Below, piece after piece: positions 24,903 to 38,500 of a DNA stretch of 64,000 nucleotides (its first letter is position 1; each line of letters opens with the position of its first letter). The stretch lies in NCBI GenBank assembly GCA_002633005.1, contig NMRA01000053.1, forward strand, positions 655,298-719,297, written 5' to 3'. The stretch comes from Phoronis australis (Eukaryota; Animalia; Phoronida). Under the pieces are notes generated by a model. It worked only from the letters and a program-made list of their open reading frames with translations. It was not told the DNA's origin and searched no databases. Position numbers and translations under genes: made by a program.

Positions 24903-25829
24903 ATAGTATGGCCATGAAATACGGGTCGTACTGTGAGGTTTGATATGGAAGAACTACTTTTCCATATTCAACCCGCGTTGAATATGGGTTTTCCGTATTC
25001 AACGCGCGTTGAACACGGATGCCTTCATTCTCGCCAAAATTCCCCGCTGAGCACACAATACACTACAATGATAAGAAACATGATTTTATATATAGCACCA
25101 CTTTTGGTTCAGCCCCGTGCGCAATATTTTCACATGCCAATACTATTATAGGAGTTCTGAAAACTAAACAAAAAAGTGAAATAAAAATAACATTGACAAT
25201 GTTTCTTAATATACCTAGAAATTTTGCACCTAAGTAGAACACTTAAATCACACAAAGTTTTGAACTCGCCGTAATATCTTTGGAATTAGGAAAGCAATTT
25301 ATATTAGTAATACATGCCTCCTTTTTCACCTATTGCACTATACTAATTGAGGTTCTTTACGGTCAAATAAGAGTCAATTTTTAAATTCGTTTTCAAAACA
25401 ATCAAAATACGTCGAGCCCAAAAGCAAAACTGCATCTTTTGTAAACACTGTATTTTTGTCAATATTACGATAAATTTCGGGATACTTTTTAACTAAAAAT
25501 GATAAGAACCGTGCGCAAGTAGCATTTTTAAGAAGCGTCTGAACGTGCATCAGCCACAACGTCTGGGTGTCCCGCACAGATATTATTAAACGAAGTCAAG
25601 AAAAATCGTCAGAAATGTAAGCAAACTTTAACTAACACTGACGAAAATACCGAAAATAGCAGATATGCACTCCAAGCCTATAGCTGCTGTAAAATACAAC
25701 TTGAACTGCCGTGTCATGCAGGCTGCAAAAAAAATTCATTCATAAAATTGACTTCGTGGGTTGAATATGGAAAAGTAGTTCTTCCATATCAAACCTCACA
25801 ACACGACCCGTATTTCATGGCCATACTAT
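24903..25829. mobile_element. MITE, ~930 bp, with 72-bp near-perfect TIRs
   Basis: 24903-24974 (atagtatggccatgaaatacgggtcg...tattcaaccc) is the reverse complement of 25758-25829 with a few mismatches; no coding capacity. Confidence 0.85.
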
Positions 25830-26066
25830 GGCATATATATATATACGCGGCACAAAGTTAGTTTCCTAGACGGAACTGGGGTTTATTGTCGCTTTTAATA
25901 TCTGAATTAAGTTAAAATTGCTTCTTTGTGGAGGCCACCAGTTTTTGCAGGTTCCAGCTTGCAAAATCAGGTAGCTCCACTATTTTGTTCCACAGCGTAT
26001 GCAACACATGATAAATAATAACAGTATACTGATTTTAAATCGAACGTCTCACCTCGAAGCCATAAT

Positions 26067-27644
26067 TGACCTATCGCAAGCTCCGCCCCTATGCGAAAAG
26101 TCACGTGATACCCGACAATCGAACCAGCCTCCCGTTCAGTAACGCTAGGACCTCGCTAAAAAGCAAGACTTCGTGAGATTACGGGAGATATTGCCGTGCA
26201 TTTTAAATGAGAACACGTGACTTTGACTAGGTTTTAGCTAGGTCCTAGCGTAGGTCCTAGCGTCTACTGAACGCACGGCAGATGTCAGAGGCAAATACAC
26301 TGTAGCTCAACGACGTTCCTGGTGGAATCGATGAGCGTTTTTGCACTATGTGAAAACGCCTCAACAGAGACAAGAGGCGATGCTTTTCAACAGAGAATCG
26401 TACGTTCATGATATGGGAATTTGTGAAGGTGACGATGAAAAAATAAGTGCTCGAGGAGCTAGCGAAAATCTGAAGAACCCCTCGGCCTCGGGGCCACCTT
26501 CACTTGACAAATGACAAGGCCACTGATACGATATGTTCATGTAAAGCTGGGTATGTACCTTAAAGTCGAATTATCTGTACGATTCCATAGATTTCATGAT
26601 CTTTCGAATAAAATCAGTGAAGATTCACAGATACATGTATTTTTATGTTGTCGTCTGCTAAATTTCGCCAAATGAAAAGTAGGTCACAACTGGTGGGACT
26701 CCTGGAGTAAAGTAGGTCATAGATTACAGACAACACATGCACTATAGTCTCTGACTAGGTCGACTCGATAGCACTGTTTACGCTTTTCTAATCTTGTAAC
26801 GACATATTTTGATAAAAAAAATTCAGGTTCATAGCTCAGGTACACACTAATCTCGTCCTTGACAAACAGTTAGCTCCGGTAGGTCTAGGGCTGTGCCTAA
26901 GTCAAATTAATGTCTAGAATTCAGTGGCGGATCTAGGATACCACAAGGGGGGCCCAACATACGTTGCGTCGTGGAATTGGGCAAAGTGCGATTGTATGTG
27001 CACAGGCGGCCCGAAAGTTGCAGGGGCNCGCCAGACTACGGTTTATGAATAACAAAAATGTACCTCTGATACGAAACAAAATAATGTCCATTAGGTTGAA
27101 ATAAATAAAAAAAAAAGAAAATAAAAATGTCCTTGAAAACAACAATTTCCGGGACTACCGCTAGAGGGATGAGATCCAACAGGTGCCGAGACAAAGGCAG
27201 CTAGACGTAGGAAATTCGGGAGTCAAAATCTCAGATAGCCCTGCACCATAGCCACCAAGCTGAATTGTGTATCTTGGAACTAATATATTTGTGTTATTCG
27301 AGTTATCAAGCAACATCGCTAAGTTCAGCTGCTCGTGTGGCCGTATAGTTTGATCCATAGTTTACGCTTTTCAACATCATTTTTCGGCTTAGGACATGCC
27401 AAAAAATGACGGGATATTATCCTGAAGCAGCATAACGGATGTCGGTGCTACACACGCCATATCAACACCGTTTCCCCATTCTTAGCGGACAATTTCTTGA
27501 GCTATAGACTAAAGTAATTTTTACTAGACTACGTGTGGTTTGTCGGGTAAAATGGCGGCTTGGAAACGCAGACGAAGGTCTGCCAAGAATGCTGCGTTCT
27601 GATTGGTCAATTAAGCCTACCGTCATAATCCTGGCGATAGGTCA
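26067..27644. mobile_element. Non-autonomous DNA transposon with short TIRs and AT flanks; contains a nested ~140-bp inverted-repeat element
   Basis: Perfect 14-bp inverted repeat aattgacctatcgc (26064-77) / gcgataggtcaatt (27634-47); inner pair cgttcagta(g)acgctaggacct spanning 26133-26273. Confidence 0.55.
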
Positions 27645-28862
27645 ATTCACATTGCAATTACTATGAACTGAGAAAATGCATTCAGACTGCCAAAACACTC
27701 CAGATTAAATAAATCAGGTGACAGGTGGGTGGCGAATGATACAGATTTTTTACAAATTCGAAGTTTCTGAATAGTACATGTGTTTCTCCCAAGATGCGAA
27801 CTTCCGCTATGAAATTAGTTTCCATTATGTTCATTACCATGAGACCTGGACTCTAGAAGAAATAAGAACAGGCAGTTCGTAATTTCTTGAGATCACGCTC
27901 AATACATGAATTGTGTGAATTTGCAAAGCCTGGTCTCTATCAAAAATGAGCTGCGGTTCCATCGATGCCCTAAAGTTGACTGCCAAATTAACAAAGGAAA
28001 AGTTCATTAAGACCATAAGGCTAAATGCTCCAAATCAAAAGTTGTTTTTGTGATGGATAGCGAAATGTTTGTCACGACTGAACAAAAATGAGGCAATGGG
28101 TCAACAGAAAATTAACATTTTTTCGATCAGAACAAATTCATATCAAATCAAGCAAATGCCATTGGAAGCCTTCAAACGCAATCTAATAAAAATGCCCACC
28201 CAAGCAGGCAGAGGCCACTTTTTAGTGATAATGGGGGTGATGGCTGAAAAAAAAACTATTAAGTGACACCAACATATATGCTGCGTTAAGATCAGCCCTT
28301 ATTAGGTCGGTCTTCCTAGGTGAGTGAACCGTGTTTATAGTAATCAGGTGCAAATAAAGTGGCTGCTGCTCATAATAGCGAAACAAATCACGAGTTTTTG
28401 TTTGAGTGGGAAATTCCTTAGGTCACCCGGGATTTTTTTGAAACAAATCTACATTGGGTTAACGAGCAGATTGTTTCAAATCTTCGTCGGCAAGAATCAT
28501 TTGAAATTTTAAGATCGTATTACATGAATTATGAAACTTCTTGCTCTAAAATAATATAAACATTAGGACAGATAAACATTTGTCAGGTGACGAGTTTTTG
28601 AAAACAGGTCGCCGAAGGCTGACACTGGTGGCACACTGTGTTGGTTGCACTTTCGATATTAAGAAAGCATAACCTGGTGAAGTGATAAACGAACCATTCA
28701 ATAGGAATAATGAACATTGCAACTTCATTTAAACCAGTTTTCTGGGTAACATATGTCCTAGAAGATTTCATTAAATAAATAAGAATTGGCTCACTAACCT
28801 GCTATGGAGTCTTGGCCATGTCTACGATGTATTATGATGGCGTTGGCTTCTAGAGCGCGGGT

Positions 28863-29051
28863 TTATTTTAAGCGACGGGAAATCCCAAAAATATTTTAAC
28901 AGGTCAGAGATATCGAAACTTGGTGAATGTGCACGACACAGCAAAAGTTGTCGAGATAGCGCAGCTTTATTTCAAGCGACGGGAAATTCCAAAAATGTTT
29001 TAACAGATCACGGATATCGAAACTTGGTGCATGCGCAGGACACAGCAAAAG
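28863..29051. repeat. Two-copy tandem repeat, ~104-bp period
   Basis: ttattt.aagcgacgggaaat.ccaaaaat.ttttaacag.tca..gatatcgaaacttggtg...gacacagcaaaag occurs twice. Confidence 0.85.
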
Positions 29052-32000
29052 ATGAGATATCACTTTTCACTTTTCTCGCCAACTGCTGGTTAGAAGTGTA
29101 GATGTTCTACTTGCTGTGACGTATCTTTCTACTGATAACAGTCGACTGTAATAGACGATCTCACGTAGTGCTTGTGGTCACTGTCGTCCCAAGTATCACA
29201 CTCATAGATATATGGACCGACATTCAGCTCAGTTTAAACTAGTAAATCCATGCTCATAGACGTCACTGTGATGTTGACAAATTTCAGAGTATATTTAAAT
29301 CATTACATTAGCGTCTATAAACCGTCATTATGAAGCCCAAGAAGAGAACTTTTCATATGGACCACTTGCCTCTTTAAAATTGGCCTCACCTTGTTCCTTT
29401 CTCAGATGAGAAGAAATTTGTGCGTCTGAAAGTTCGTTATTTCTTGAGACATAACATGGTGCATAAAATGACACGCCATGGGAAGCCAGTTAGAGAGCCT
29501 TGACTCAAGAAATAATATGTTCTTTTAACACCTTGAAATCCAATTTGACTAAAGAACGCGAGACCAATTTCATAACGGTAAATAGTTTCAGTCAGAAGTT
29601 GATTTTGTGGTAGAAGACGGTCTTATAGCAGCTTTAACTCTGACGGAATTATAAATATGAAAATTTCTAAAGCGCGCCGGAAAACGTGCGACGACGCTGT
29701 CTCCTGCTGCCTAACAATACAAGAATGTGTTAGCGAGTAGTGGTTCTTTGTAGCCTAATATTACGTTCCACAGCGGATAGACGAAATACGTTCCGCTGAA
29801 CGTTTGGCTTTTTAGCAATAGACTTGGTCAATCATGGCTAATGTTGAAGCGTGTTGGTGACATTACAACAGGGTCAGGTGTAAGTGTCGTTAAAGGTTTA
29901 TATTCACAAGATTCGCAAACCGTGAATGGATTTGCAAGTAGGACTTTAGAACATGGTTACGCTGCAATTTTGTGTTTTGTTACCGTTACCATCCGTACCC
30001 TGTTGAAAAATTATGGTAAGTACCATAAGACCCTTTGAATTCGTACCTCGTGCCGTCAAATTATCTGGTTCTGATATCCAAGTTCTGACTAAGGCTACAT
30101 AAGTACTGGCTTGATTTTAACACACACGATGGATCACTCGGAACAGTTTTTTACACTACTGACTTTTTGGAAATCAAACCTCATATGAAAGAAATGTCAA
30201 TTAGTCCATTCAAAATTGACAGCCACGAAAGACCAAAAATAGCCTGGTTCTGGTGAACGTCCGACCCATTTGAAACCTGCGTTTTACAACGTGTCATCTT
30301 TCAATGCTTGGTAAAAACAAGATTCCCAACCTTTTTCAGCCGGCATCAAGTGATGCCGGGGGAATAAGAAGTATTCCTAACCATTCCAGCGGGCATGAGT
30401 TACTGAGAAGAAAAAGGACCCAACACATTCGAGCTTGCATCAAGTTTCTTTGGATGAAAGAAGACTTCCGATCCATTTCAGTTTGTATCAAGTGAAGGTG
30501 GAAAAAGGATCCGTGTCCATTCAAACTGTCATCAGATGACACTTGAGGGAAAAATAAGTATACCGACACATTTTAGCTGGCATCAGGTGACTTTTTCAGA
30601 ATATGAACAACTAAAAATACCATATCACTGCATGAATTTTCAATCAACGCATGGATCAGAAATTATTTTGTTTGGCTAATGTGAAAATGTTCACACTTTA
30701 CATCTGTCCCCTCTGCTAGGCATCCACAACGTCACAGCACTACTTTTTGAAAAGGTGTCTCGACATTACAAGATACGTTTGGAATAAGACAAACCTCGAG
30801 AAAAAACGATGTTTTTAAACTCTTCGCTGGCTTCATATCCACGGTGTAAGAGATTTTACTCGCACAGCGTTTGGAAATCAAGTTATTCGGTAAGTAAACA
30901 TTCATTTGTTCCGTTTGCCGTGACAGCCAGACGTGAAATGAGGCGGTTCGGGAAATGTTTTCATATGTTGACATATTTATTCCAAAGTTAGCTTAGGTTG
31001 ATCTTAGACACACGTGGATCATGCAGTGAGATGGTGCAAACTCTCACACACTCGAAAACATGTAGAAATCTTTTAAATACCTGGCCAACTTCATGTCCTT
31101 AAGTAATTCGAAGTAATCACAAGACGTCCATTTTGCAAAGTGACTAGTTATGCATGATACATAGGCATAGCATTAAACTAACACTGCATGTGTCAGTGTG
31201 ATAAGTGTTGAATGCCTTGAGAAATAAATTGTAGAACACACCGTCCCTGATCACAGTTTTTATCAAATAATAATTAACAGGCGTGGATTATGTTTGTTCA
31301 AAAGGTCTTGGAGCCATATCACAGATACAAAAACAAACGTCTCGCAGTTGAAATGACACATATCACCACATTTTCAAAAAAATTCACATAAAGGATTCTC
31401 ATTGCAAAATATCTGCAACAAAAAATAAGCTGAGCTTTCAGGCGTCCGGTTCATTCCGTTATTAAATCAATGAAATTTTCTTGCATGGACTGGAGTATAT
31501 ACGTTGTGGTATACATCACAAAGTGTACAACTAAACTGACATTAGATACACATTTTCAGTCTAACGTTTATCTAAATTAGAACAACAATTCTGTAAACGC
31601 TTCTTCCTACGGATACCTGCATGTATCGATTTCAACTGCAAGAATTTCGGACCTGAGCAAAGACAGTCTTACATTTTTCGTGGTACAGAAAATATTTTTC
31701 TCCTTGACTCAATAATGTTTGAAATCCCGTTTACAAATCAGGCTTCTTGTATATTTCGTGCCAGCCCTGTGCAACGCAATTTTTACCCTATCAGCAACTG
31801 ATTTCCGACATCGTGACAAATCCAACAAAACCAAATCCAATCGTGGTTATAACATTTTCAACCTTCAAATAGATTCAGTTTTTTCATCAAGCTGTCATAT
31901 ATTATACGCTGGACGTCCACCTTCAGTCATTTTTTTAACCTATACGCGAAATTTCACGCTTGCTAAGGACTGTTACGTTGCTGGCGAAGAATGGGACATT

Positions 32001-35000
32001 CTGAAAGAAATTGAAACTTTTTAATAAAAGAAAAGAATAGATTCTTCACAATTCTGGATTTAAAACCCAAATTTCTGAATCACTAGTTTTGAAGGCTGAT
32101 AGTGCTAAGTGGTATACGGCACTTTACAGGGGCGGATCCAGGATTTTGAGTTTGAGAAGTGGGGCAAGGCAGAGTATTACACAGAATTTCTCCTGTCAGA
32201 CACTCACACCCCCAACAGCCAAATGGAATCAGGGAAATTTTTTTTGGGGGGACATGGCCTCCTTATCCCATCCCCCTTAAACACGACAATGCTTTACTAA
32301 CTCTGATTGGAGCTATTGACTTCAGAGTGGAGAACCGAAATTTACTAAGGGATACATACAGCAGTAATGCTCAGATGGGTTGTAATTGGTGAAAAACTAT
32401 TTTGCCTGAGTTGTGAAACGAGCCACCTCGCATATTAAAACAAGAAGTGAATGCTCGACAAATGTCATTCATTAAGACGTATGAACAAAAACTTAGATAG
32501 AAGCGAAGACTCTGCAAGAAGAAACGCCCGGTTGTTTATACAAATAGAGACCTGACCAGAATTACACAATTACTCATGTGAACTACTAAACAATATACTT
32601 ATCTTATGTCACCAGAATGGAGGAATTAAGAACATAAGGACAATATGGATCAGGAAGAAAATTTGGCTGAAAGGATAAAGAATAAAAATTAGAGAGATTA
32701 GAAAAATAGTGCAGTTATTGTAGAGACGAGAAACACGTCTTGAGTAGAGTAGAATAAGTGACAACTGACAGATGAATGAAAACTGACCAATGAGATACGA
32801 GTATTTGATGGTGTGTCAATACGAAAGTAGTACAGTGCTATGAATAGAAGATGTCGTACATGAAAAATAACCCCTATAAATACATGCAACATGTTGAATT
32901 TTATTTAAGGACCATTCATCAGGTACACCAAGAACGCATATACAACTTCATTTTCACTGGACGTGTAAATTGTGAAGAGTATTACTGTTTATGCGCAGAC
33001 GGAAGTTATTTAAAACAGAGGATTTTACATCGCGGCGAAGTGTTTCTATTACGGTATCGTATACTGAAAGGAATGAAAGAGAAGCCACTAACTAAAAGGC
33101 GCTATACAGACAAACATCACAAAATACGTTATGTACACAAAATAAGTATTACACTTTGTGTTTATAACAATCGTGCAATTTACATAAAACAGGCAGCACT
33201 CAATAAAATGAGTCAAAAATTGCGAGTATGAAGGTCGAAAGCGTGACTGAACCACCGGACGAAAGTGAGTTCGAAATAAGCGGGCAAAGGTAGTGTCTAG
33301 TAATCTGATCTGTTGCATGGGGCTCCAGGCCACGAAAGGCAACCAACGTTCTAAAAGGTACCGTACACGATCAGTTACGAGCACACTGCAAATATAAATG
33401 CCATGCATAAACAAAAACAAGTGACAAGCCATGTGTCTGCAGCAAAAATTACATGTTTTTAAAAATTAGATTACATAACTTTGGACGATTTGCTCTGACC
33501 CTTTTAACACATTTCCAGTAGAGACGCCGATTCGCGGCGGTTCGGTAATCCGCCATGATTTTTGTCCAGGTGACGAAAAAAGCCTGATAACGCGATATGC
33601 AACTACCGGAAATCCCGGATGCTAGCACAAATTTACAGTCGGTGCGATCGACTGTGTGATCTCCAAACCTGCATGTAGACGGCGGTTCGAAGTACCGCGG
33701 TAATTTGGCACATACCTTATAGGTAATATCGTATACAAAGCAGTCATCCGGCTCGAATCGGCAATGAACCGAGAGGACCGCGAGCAACCGCCCAAAACAT
33801 GCTCGATTTTGGTGGAGAGGCAGTCTTTGCGGTTTGAAATGGACTGTGTAAGATTACTTTCACAATAACACCGATTTACACCGCCATCAAGCGGCAGTGA
33901 AACGACGCATGCGGTTTTCACCAGCAAGGCAGCGTGACCGACAGCAGAATCAGCCGGATTTTCAGCGGGCAATTCGGAGAAGGGGGTAATTGTCCAGGGC
34001 CCCTTCCTGAAGGTAAGCTCCTTCGAGAGAGCAACTGTCTTACTATGACCGATATTCAATTACTCAAAACGGACAAATGAGTGACAGTTGATTCTATTAT
34101 TGGAGCCTCTAGTTTAAGGCTGGGTGTATAATTCCATAAAAACAGGAGAGTCGTGGTAATTAACAATTATGCGGCCCTCTCAGGGAACATGTACCCTGCA
34201 GATGAAAGGAACAACAAAAGAGCAACGGTTGATGTACTTATCGGAGGGACCCTAATGCGATGCAACAACAGATGCTATCACCACGGCCTCCTCTACAGTG
34301 CAGCCGGCATCATTCTAAGAACTGAAGTAAACGTAAACCAACATCTTTGCAGTCTGTGGAATAGTCCTTCTAAAGTTCAAACTCGAAACAAATTTGCACA
34401 TCAAAGGTGCACATTGCCAATTTTTCCCAGACTTGGAAATAAAGTTAAGTACTCCACTTCAAGTGCGTGTAGACAACGCGCGATGCATAATTTTTAAGAA
34501 CTGGGAACCCCAGACAAAGTTACCCTGCCCAAAGATTAACTCCAAGTAGAATGATTGTTTCCTGATATACGGATAGGCCTCTGCGCAGGTCAATCGTTTT
34601 GCCACCGTGTGCTTGTGCTGTATCGGTGTTAGTTCCGACACCTTCACGATATTACTACACAGACATTTGCAATGTTTAACTTGCACCGCGTAGCTACTAT
34701 GCTCAGATTATGTCTGAGTATCCGTATTATCACATGCCTTGTTCGGGAATAAATGTAACTGGTTGTTGCCATCGGGTTTGCACTGTTGTTTGTACCCAGG
34801 CTGATGTTTTTAGGGGCGAATGAACACAGCTTACTGCAAACCACAAGACCTCCACGAAAACTTAAACATGTTAAGCTTCTTGCGGATGTCCGCGGTTTAA
34901 CTTCTTGAATTATGGCAGATGTATACCGGATTGTCTACGATGCCAACACGTTCTTCTGTGGAGTATGGTGGTTTACCGAATCCCTTCGAACAACCGTCTG

Positions 35001-35225
35001 AACCGGCAATGTGTGAAACGGCCTTAAAATTTGTCGATGTATGTCATAACTCATTCAGCACGAGCATAACGTGTAAAAATCATGAGTCGTTACTGAACTC
35101 ACTAGAGATAAAAGGGCAACGTTTTGGCGTTTTCAATGCTGTGTGACCTCTGGCGGATTAGGTCGGGGTTGAGTAAATCGGTGGGAAATTTTAAATACAT
35201 TATGATGCTCGGTATTGAAGGGACT

Positions 35226-35527
35226 TTATCCATCATTATAGTTCTTAAAGTTCAGTGCCTGTGACAGCTTTTTGACGATGAACCCTTGTCCATCTCTTTC
35301 CAAGGCACGGCAGAAGGCATCGAAAGCGGCTGCACCCTTTTTAGGAAGTATGTCGAGGAATGCTTCTACTTTCTTTGAGTGTCTCTGTTCTATATTGATT
35401 TTTTCTACATCATGTCGTTGCAAAATTTCTTCCTGGTAAAGACAAGGAACCAGGCTCTCCATGCCAACGTATTCAATTAGGTACATGTACTCTGACCGCA
35501 GCACAGCTTTATGCCCGGATGTCATAC
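35226..35527 (-). CDS. Gene B terminal exon: CARD domain 2
   Basis: HKAVLRSEYMYLIE..MESLVPCLYQEEIL...VEKI...KVEAFLDILPKKGAAAFDAFCRALE..GQGFIVKKL is a typical CARD; ttttgttgcag acceptor (phase 1), TAA stop. Confidence 0.92.
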
Positions 35528-38500
35528 CTGCAACAAAATATAACCATTACCAAACCTTGTTTAAGATATTTTAATATTTTAAAGATATTGTTATATTTAA
35601 ATGATTTTCCAAGCACCTTTGCCTTTAACCGATCACATAATATTAGTGTGTGCAGCATTCTACTGTCACAGTTTACCCTGCGTTTTGGTTCGGTAGTACC
35701 TCAATACCATTCATACAAATCCCACGGTTATATTTCAGATGTAATTACAATCCCCTGATCTGTGTTAAGTTTATAATGATGACGGTGATGATAATGACTG
35801 CAACATAATTTTTGTTGACGATTCATTGCAACCATCATGGTCCTACAATACACCAAGGAAGCTATAAGGTGTAACAAAAGTGTATCCACACTTCATTGCA
35901 AATGACAATGTTTTTATTGACTGTGGAACAAGAATACTAGTTTTAATTCATAAAGAGGTGATAAAATAGACTTTAAAGTGCTTAAAATCATCAATTTCAT
36001 AACAAAAAAACACCAATAAACAACCCCCACTCGATCAGCTGCCAAAGGGAACACTTGCAAATACTATCTGCGATACTTTAATTAGATTCCTTCAAGTTAC
36101 CAGCATTTATTGGTCGATGCATACTTCATAGAATCGTGACAACCAAACACAGCATTAGTCATTCTCCGTTGTGTTCAGATGAAAAGTCGTCACATATTGC
36201 TGCTCGTTTGTCTGTTGTTTACGTCATAATAAAGAATGGCGAGGCCCTGCGTTTGTGGTGGTATTAGAGCAGGCTCTAACTCTTTTCACTTTCCCGCGGA
36301 GAATCTGAGAAACGTGGCAAAAATTCTACAAGAAACTCGCATTTGGTGGGCATTACACACTAGCGCTGGATACAGTCATACGCCACACTCATGTCCGTGC
36401 AGTTAAGAAACCACTGATTTTCGTGTATTTTCTCGTTTGTGGGATATTGAATTTGCGGTTGTGATATGCAATGGAATATGCAAATATTTAAGGATGCTGA
36501 CAATGTAGTCATTTGCCAAAACAAGTTAAATTGTGGCTTTAAACAGTTAAAGAACCAAACTAAACGTATTGTTAATTCAGAAAAAGAATTATTGTGTATG
36601 CAACTTTTCGTTTTTCAAAACGGAGTCGTGTATTTGCCATTTCTGTGTATCCAGTAAACGTGGCGGCTCACGAGCCTATTTTCATATGAACGTGTAACCA
36701 TATAGTAGACCTGAGCGCAGCCTGGTACACTTTGACACGGAACCTATATTTAAATACCAGGCTCGAGAAGGTAGATACATCACAGAACATACGTTTGCCA
36801 ACACTTTGCAAATCAAAATGTAACCTGTTATAGTTGCAAGGCAGAAATGAACTGAAATACAAATACCTGGCGCTAACGAGCACAGGAAAATTTGGCTGAT
36901 GAAAGAAGTGGGTAGTATATGCGAAAACATCAATATGTTCTAGACATTTTTTTCATTTTTATTCCCCACATCATTTTACGAACCCCACTTACGACGTAAA
37001 GGTAATGCCAAGATTTGAAATTGACGTCAAAAGTTAACTCACGAGGGTAGTCTTTGAGAGTTTCTTCTGACAGAAGCGGAAACAGACGAAGGGGTCGTGT
37101 TTTTGGAACGGTCTTTTTTAACGAGATTTTCGTTGATATATTTTTGCAACTTTTATAAGGAAACGTGGACAGAATCGTGAAGGGTCATGTTATAATGCAT
37201 GTATGTATGTATTAGAAGCAACAGTGAAGTAGCACTTTCCAAATTTCTTTGAAAATTCCCCATTCTCAAAAACTGCTTGAAAAGCCAACGATTGAGTAGA
37301 ACTGGTTTCTGACTGGGCTCAAGAGATTTGAACTTGAATTTTCGACGTTGTGCTAATAAATGAGCACAGATATGGGAACATTGCGTTCTTCACGGGAGAA
37401 ATAATGTACAAAAAGGCAGCTATGGGGCAAGAAACCTTATTATACTTATGCGTCCAGCACTGTTGTCCAATGGGATTTGAACCTTGGACTGGAAGGTGCT
37501 ATCTCGACCACAGTTCATCCAATTCTTCAGTCATGAATTGTCAACATCCTTGTCGTGCATCATGCAATAATGGCTAGTGAGGCATGTCAGATTACCGGAG
37601 ATTTATAGTAACCGAATCGAAACAACAGCTACACCAAAAGGACAGCTTTCCTCTCTAAATCTGGGTAGAGTGGAGAGTGTCAACTTTAGATATTTAATTT
37701 CCGGAATCATTAGCGTCGTCGTTCATAGTAATAATGGCTCAGTGGAATATGTCTTTGAGATAACTGCAGATTTGCACTCTTAGGATTAACAAAACTAAAG
37801 CAAATTCACCAAAAGGACAGCTCCTCTCTCCACAGCTGGTTAAAACAGAGTCTACTTCAGAAATTTGACTTCCACAATCATTAGTGTTGATGCGGCTTCA
37901 AAGAACGCTGTCTGTTTTAAAAGCTCACGCAGGGCTTCTTAGGTCAAAAGTGGAATGATTAAATCAAGCTAGTTGAAGCCATCAACCAATTCCTTGCGGT
38001 CCATTCTAGAAAGCTAGCTCACCGTATTAAAAAACGGTTCGACTTCAAAATATGAACCAAAATTGTGGTTTTCAAAAATGACTCTGCACAGGACTTTAAG
38101 TAGCGTGACGTGGAACATCGACCTTGTCATGAAAATCAAGTATTGGAATTCCAGTTCTCTGACATTTTCAAAATTCTTTTAAAACGATTCCCGAGTCTAC
38201 TGCAGAGACGAAACGATACCATACTTATCGGTGAGGTATCTCACGTTTCCTGAATTTTTCTGAAAAATGCAACGATCAGGAGCTTAAGGACATAACCTTG
38301 TATTCGACTTTAAGGCCATGGAATTTTTATATGCGTTTTCAACCAATTACTTAAGATCGGGGATTTAAGTACAGAGATTTGACGCAGAACTTTGGCCCTG
38401 TCATGAAGTTTGGGTACTGGGACTTTCATTTCTATAGAATTCGTCAAAATTCGTTTAAAACATTTTCCGATTCTACTGAAGAGACGAAACGTACCATAGT

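Noticed and set aside
27700-33400. Scattered short minus-strand splice-like segments suggesting a third paralogue
   Set aside because: No phase-consistent open exon chain or recognisable domain could be assembled.
33622-33990. FGDHTVDR, AKLPRYF and ENPAD motifs suggesting a DIRS or BEL retroelement
   Set aside because: Motifs are short, in the wrong order for the DIRS methyltransferase-like domain and partly in different frames; no RT or recombinase context.
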